DNA of 63,325 bases, the filler included, from Hyphochytrium catenoides (lineage: Eukaryota; Protista; Hyphochytriomycota), in assembly GCA_900088475.1 (NCBI GenBank). It is 7 parts of 7 records of this genome, joined end to end, with 100 filler letters (N's around TTAATTAATTAA, not from the genome) between each part and the next. Parts side by side here need not be neighbours in the genome. Positions count along the whole stretch, not along the records: positions 57,056 to 63,325 come from FLMG01000192.1; 6 more parts are not named here. One strand, 5' to 3'. A program made the translations under genes and the position numbers. The first letter of the stretch is position 1, and each line of letters opens with the position of its first letter. Under the pieces are notes generated by a model that made no database searches, was not told the DNA's origin, and saw only the letters and a list, made by a program, of their open reading frames with translations. Shown piece after piece: positions 62,565 to 63,325 of this stretch.

Positions 62565-63259
62565 GAGCACAAGAAAGACCCTTCCTGTCAAGCCAAGACT
62601 AGGAGACAAAAGAAGGAGGAGTCCCATGGGTAGAGAGAAGATGGAGATACTTCCGCAATACCGGTCGCCAGAGATGGCTGGCTCGTCTCTTCTCTCTCTT
62701 TGGTCCCCAGGACAGCGTCATCTTCCTTCCCTTGGCACCTCTCTTCCCCTAGGAAACTCTGCACCCGCTGGATGTATTTCCTTCTAGCTTCTCTCCTCGA
62801 CAAGCCAACATTGTTCTTCCAGGCATCCCTAGGGTCGGGGTAATGAGAGAGAAGAAAGACAGAAAGAGAAGACACAATATGCAGAGAAAAAGAGAGGAGA
62901 AGAGAGACGGAGATTGAATACCTGTGGAAACCNNNNNNNNNNNNNNNNNNNNNNNNNNNNNNNNNNNNNNNNNNNNNNNNNNNGAGAAAGCGAGAGAGAG
63001 AGGAAGAGAGAGAGCAGAGAGAGAAGCGGAGAATGGAAAGAGGAAACAAGAAGGAAGAGAGAGGGAGAGAGATAAAAGTAACACGCATAGAGAAACGTAT
63101 TCCGAAATGAGAAAGAAAAAGAAGATTAGAGGAAGCTGCGAGCGACTCTCAAAGAACTCTCAGGGAAGAAGAATAAGCGATCAAAAGCGGAAGGAAGGGA
63201 AGAGAGAGCGAAAGGTCTCGATCCGCACCATTTTGCACGGCCCACAAGATCCATAAGAC
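57856..63259 (-). CDS. Multi-exon gene: acyl-CoA-binding (ACBP) domain followed by a divergent VAO/PCMH FAD-binding and ALO-type (aldonolactone oxidase-like) region; 5' end outside the window
   Basis: ACBP: GLMDLVGRAKW|DAWKNNVGLSRREARRKYI (63259-63229, 62829-~62650). FAD domain: PASVEELQNLLRA..LRVR (~62337-62221), ISLGGLRKVLHLDERAKTIRVQ (~62008-61919), GITLAEVARTASSCGLSL (~61734-61675). ALO region: VEMQFAFPLNK (~59334-59282), PYEVRFTKE|DCCPTSPAYEEDAFVL, ILPHLSR, RRSYPELAK. Confidence 0.7.
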
Positions 63260-63325
63260 CTAGAAAGAGACGGAAAAGAGAGAGACAGAGAGAGAGAGAG
63301 AGAGTAAGAGAGAGAGACTACTGGG

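Noticed and set aside
1-63325. CRISPR arrays, rRNA genes, intact tRNAs or prokaryotic operons
   Set aside because: No regularly spaced direct repeats with unique spacers, no rRNA sequence and no complete cloverleaf were seen. The genes are spliceosomal and eukaryotic.

Overview
This is not one locus. It is seven eukaryotic draft-assembly contigs joined by artificial 100-nt linkers (N44-TTAATTAATTAA-N44): 1-9035, 9136-12467, 12568-22773, 22874-39186, 39287-44157, 44258-56955 and 57056-63325. Gene neighbourhood is therefore only meaningful within a contig. RPS20 and the Harbinger ORF2 look oomycete-like to me, so the source is probably a stramenopile (inference from recalled sequences, not a search). 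Spliced genes, most with (CT)n-rich introns: MsrA, RPS20, Cys-type SelO, RsmH/METTL15, WDR7-like, DCAF5-like, and an apparent fusion of an acyl-CoA-binding domain to a divergent aldonolactone-oxidase-type FAD protein. Intronless genes: a 5'-truncated >2770-aa Gly/Ser repeat protein, an SLC26/SulP-STAS transporter, a Cys/Pro-rich type I membrane protein and a small secreted protein. Transposon relics: PIF/Harbinger, probable Gypsy, possible hAT, and a palindrome-bearing repeat end shared by two contigs. The most notable items are (1) the giant hierarchical Gly/Ser fibre-like protein with a tail-fibre-like C-terminal motif, (2) the ACBP-FAD oxidase fusion, (3) a box C/D snoRNA downstream of RPS20 with compensatory non-canonical C/D boxes and an LSU rRNA guide, and (4) the 26-bp palindromic element terminus. 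Most short ORFs in the supplied track are microsatellite or antisense artefacts.
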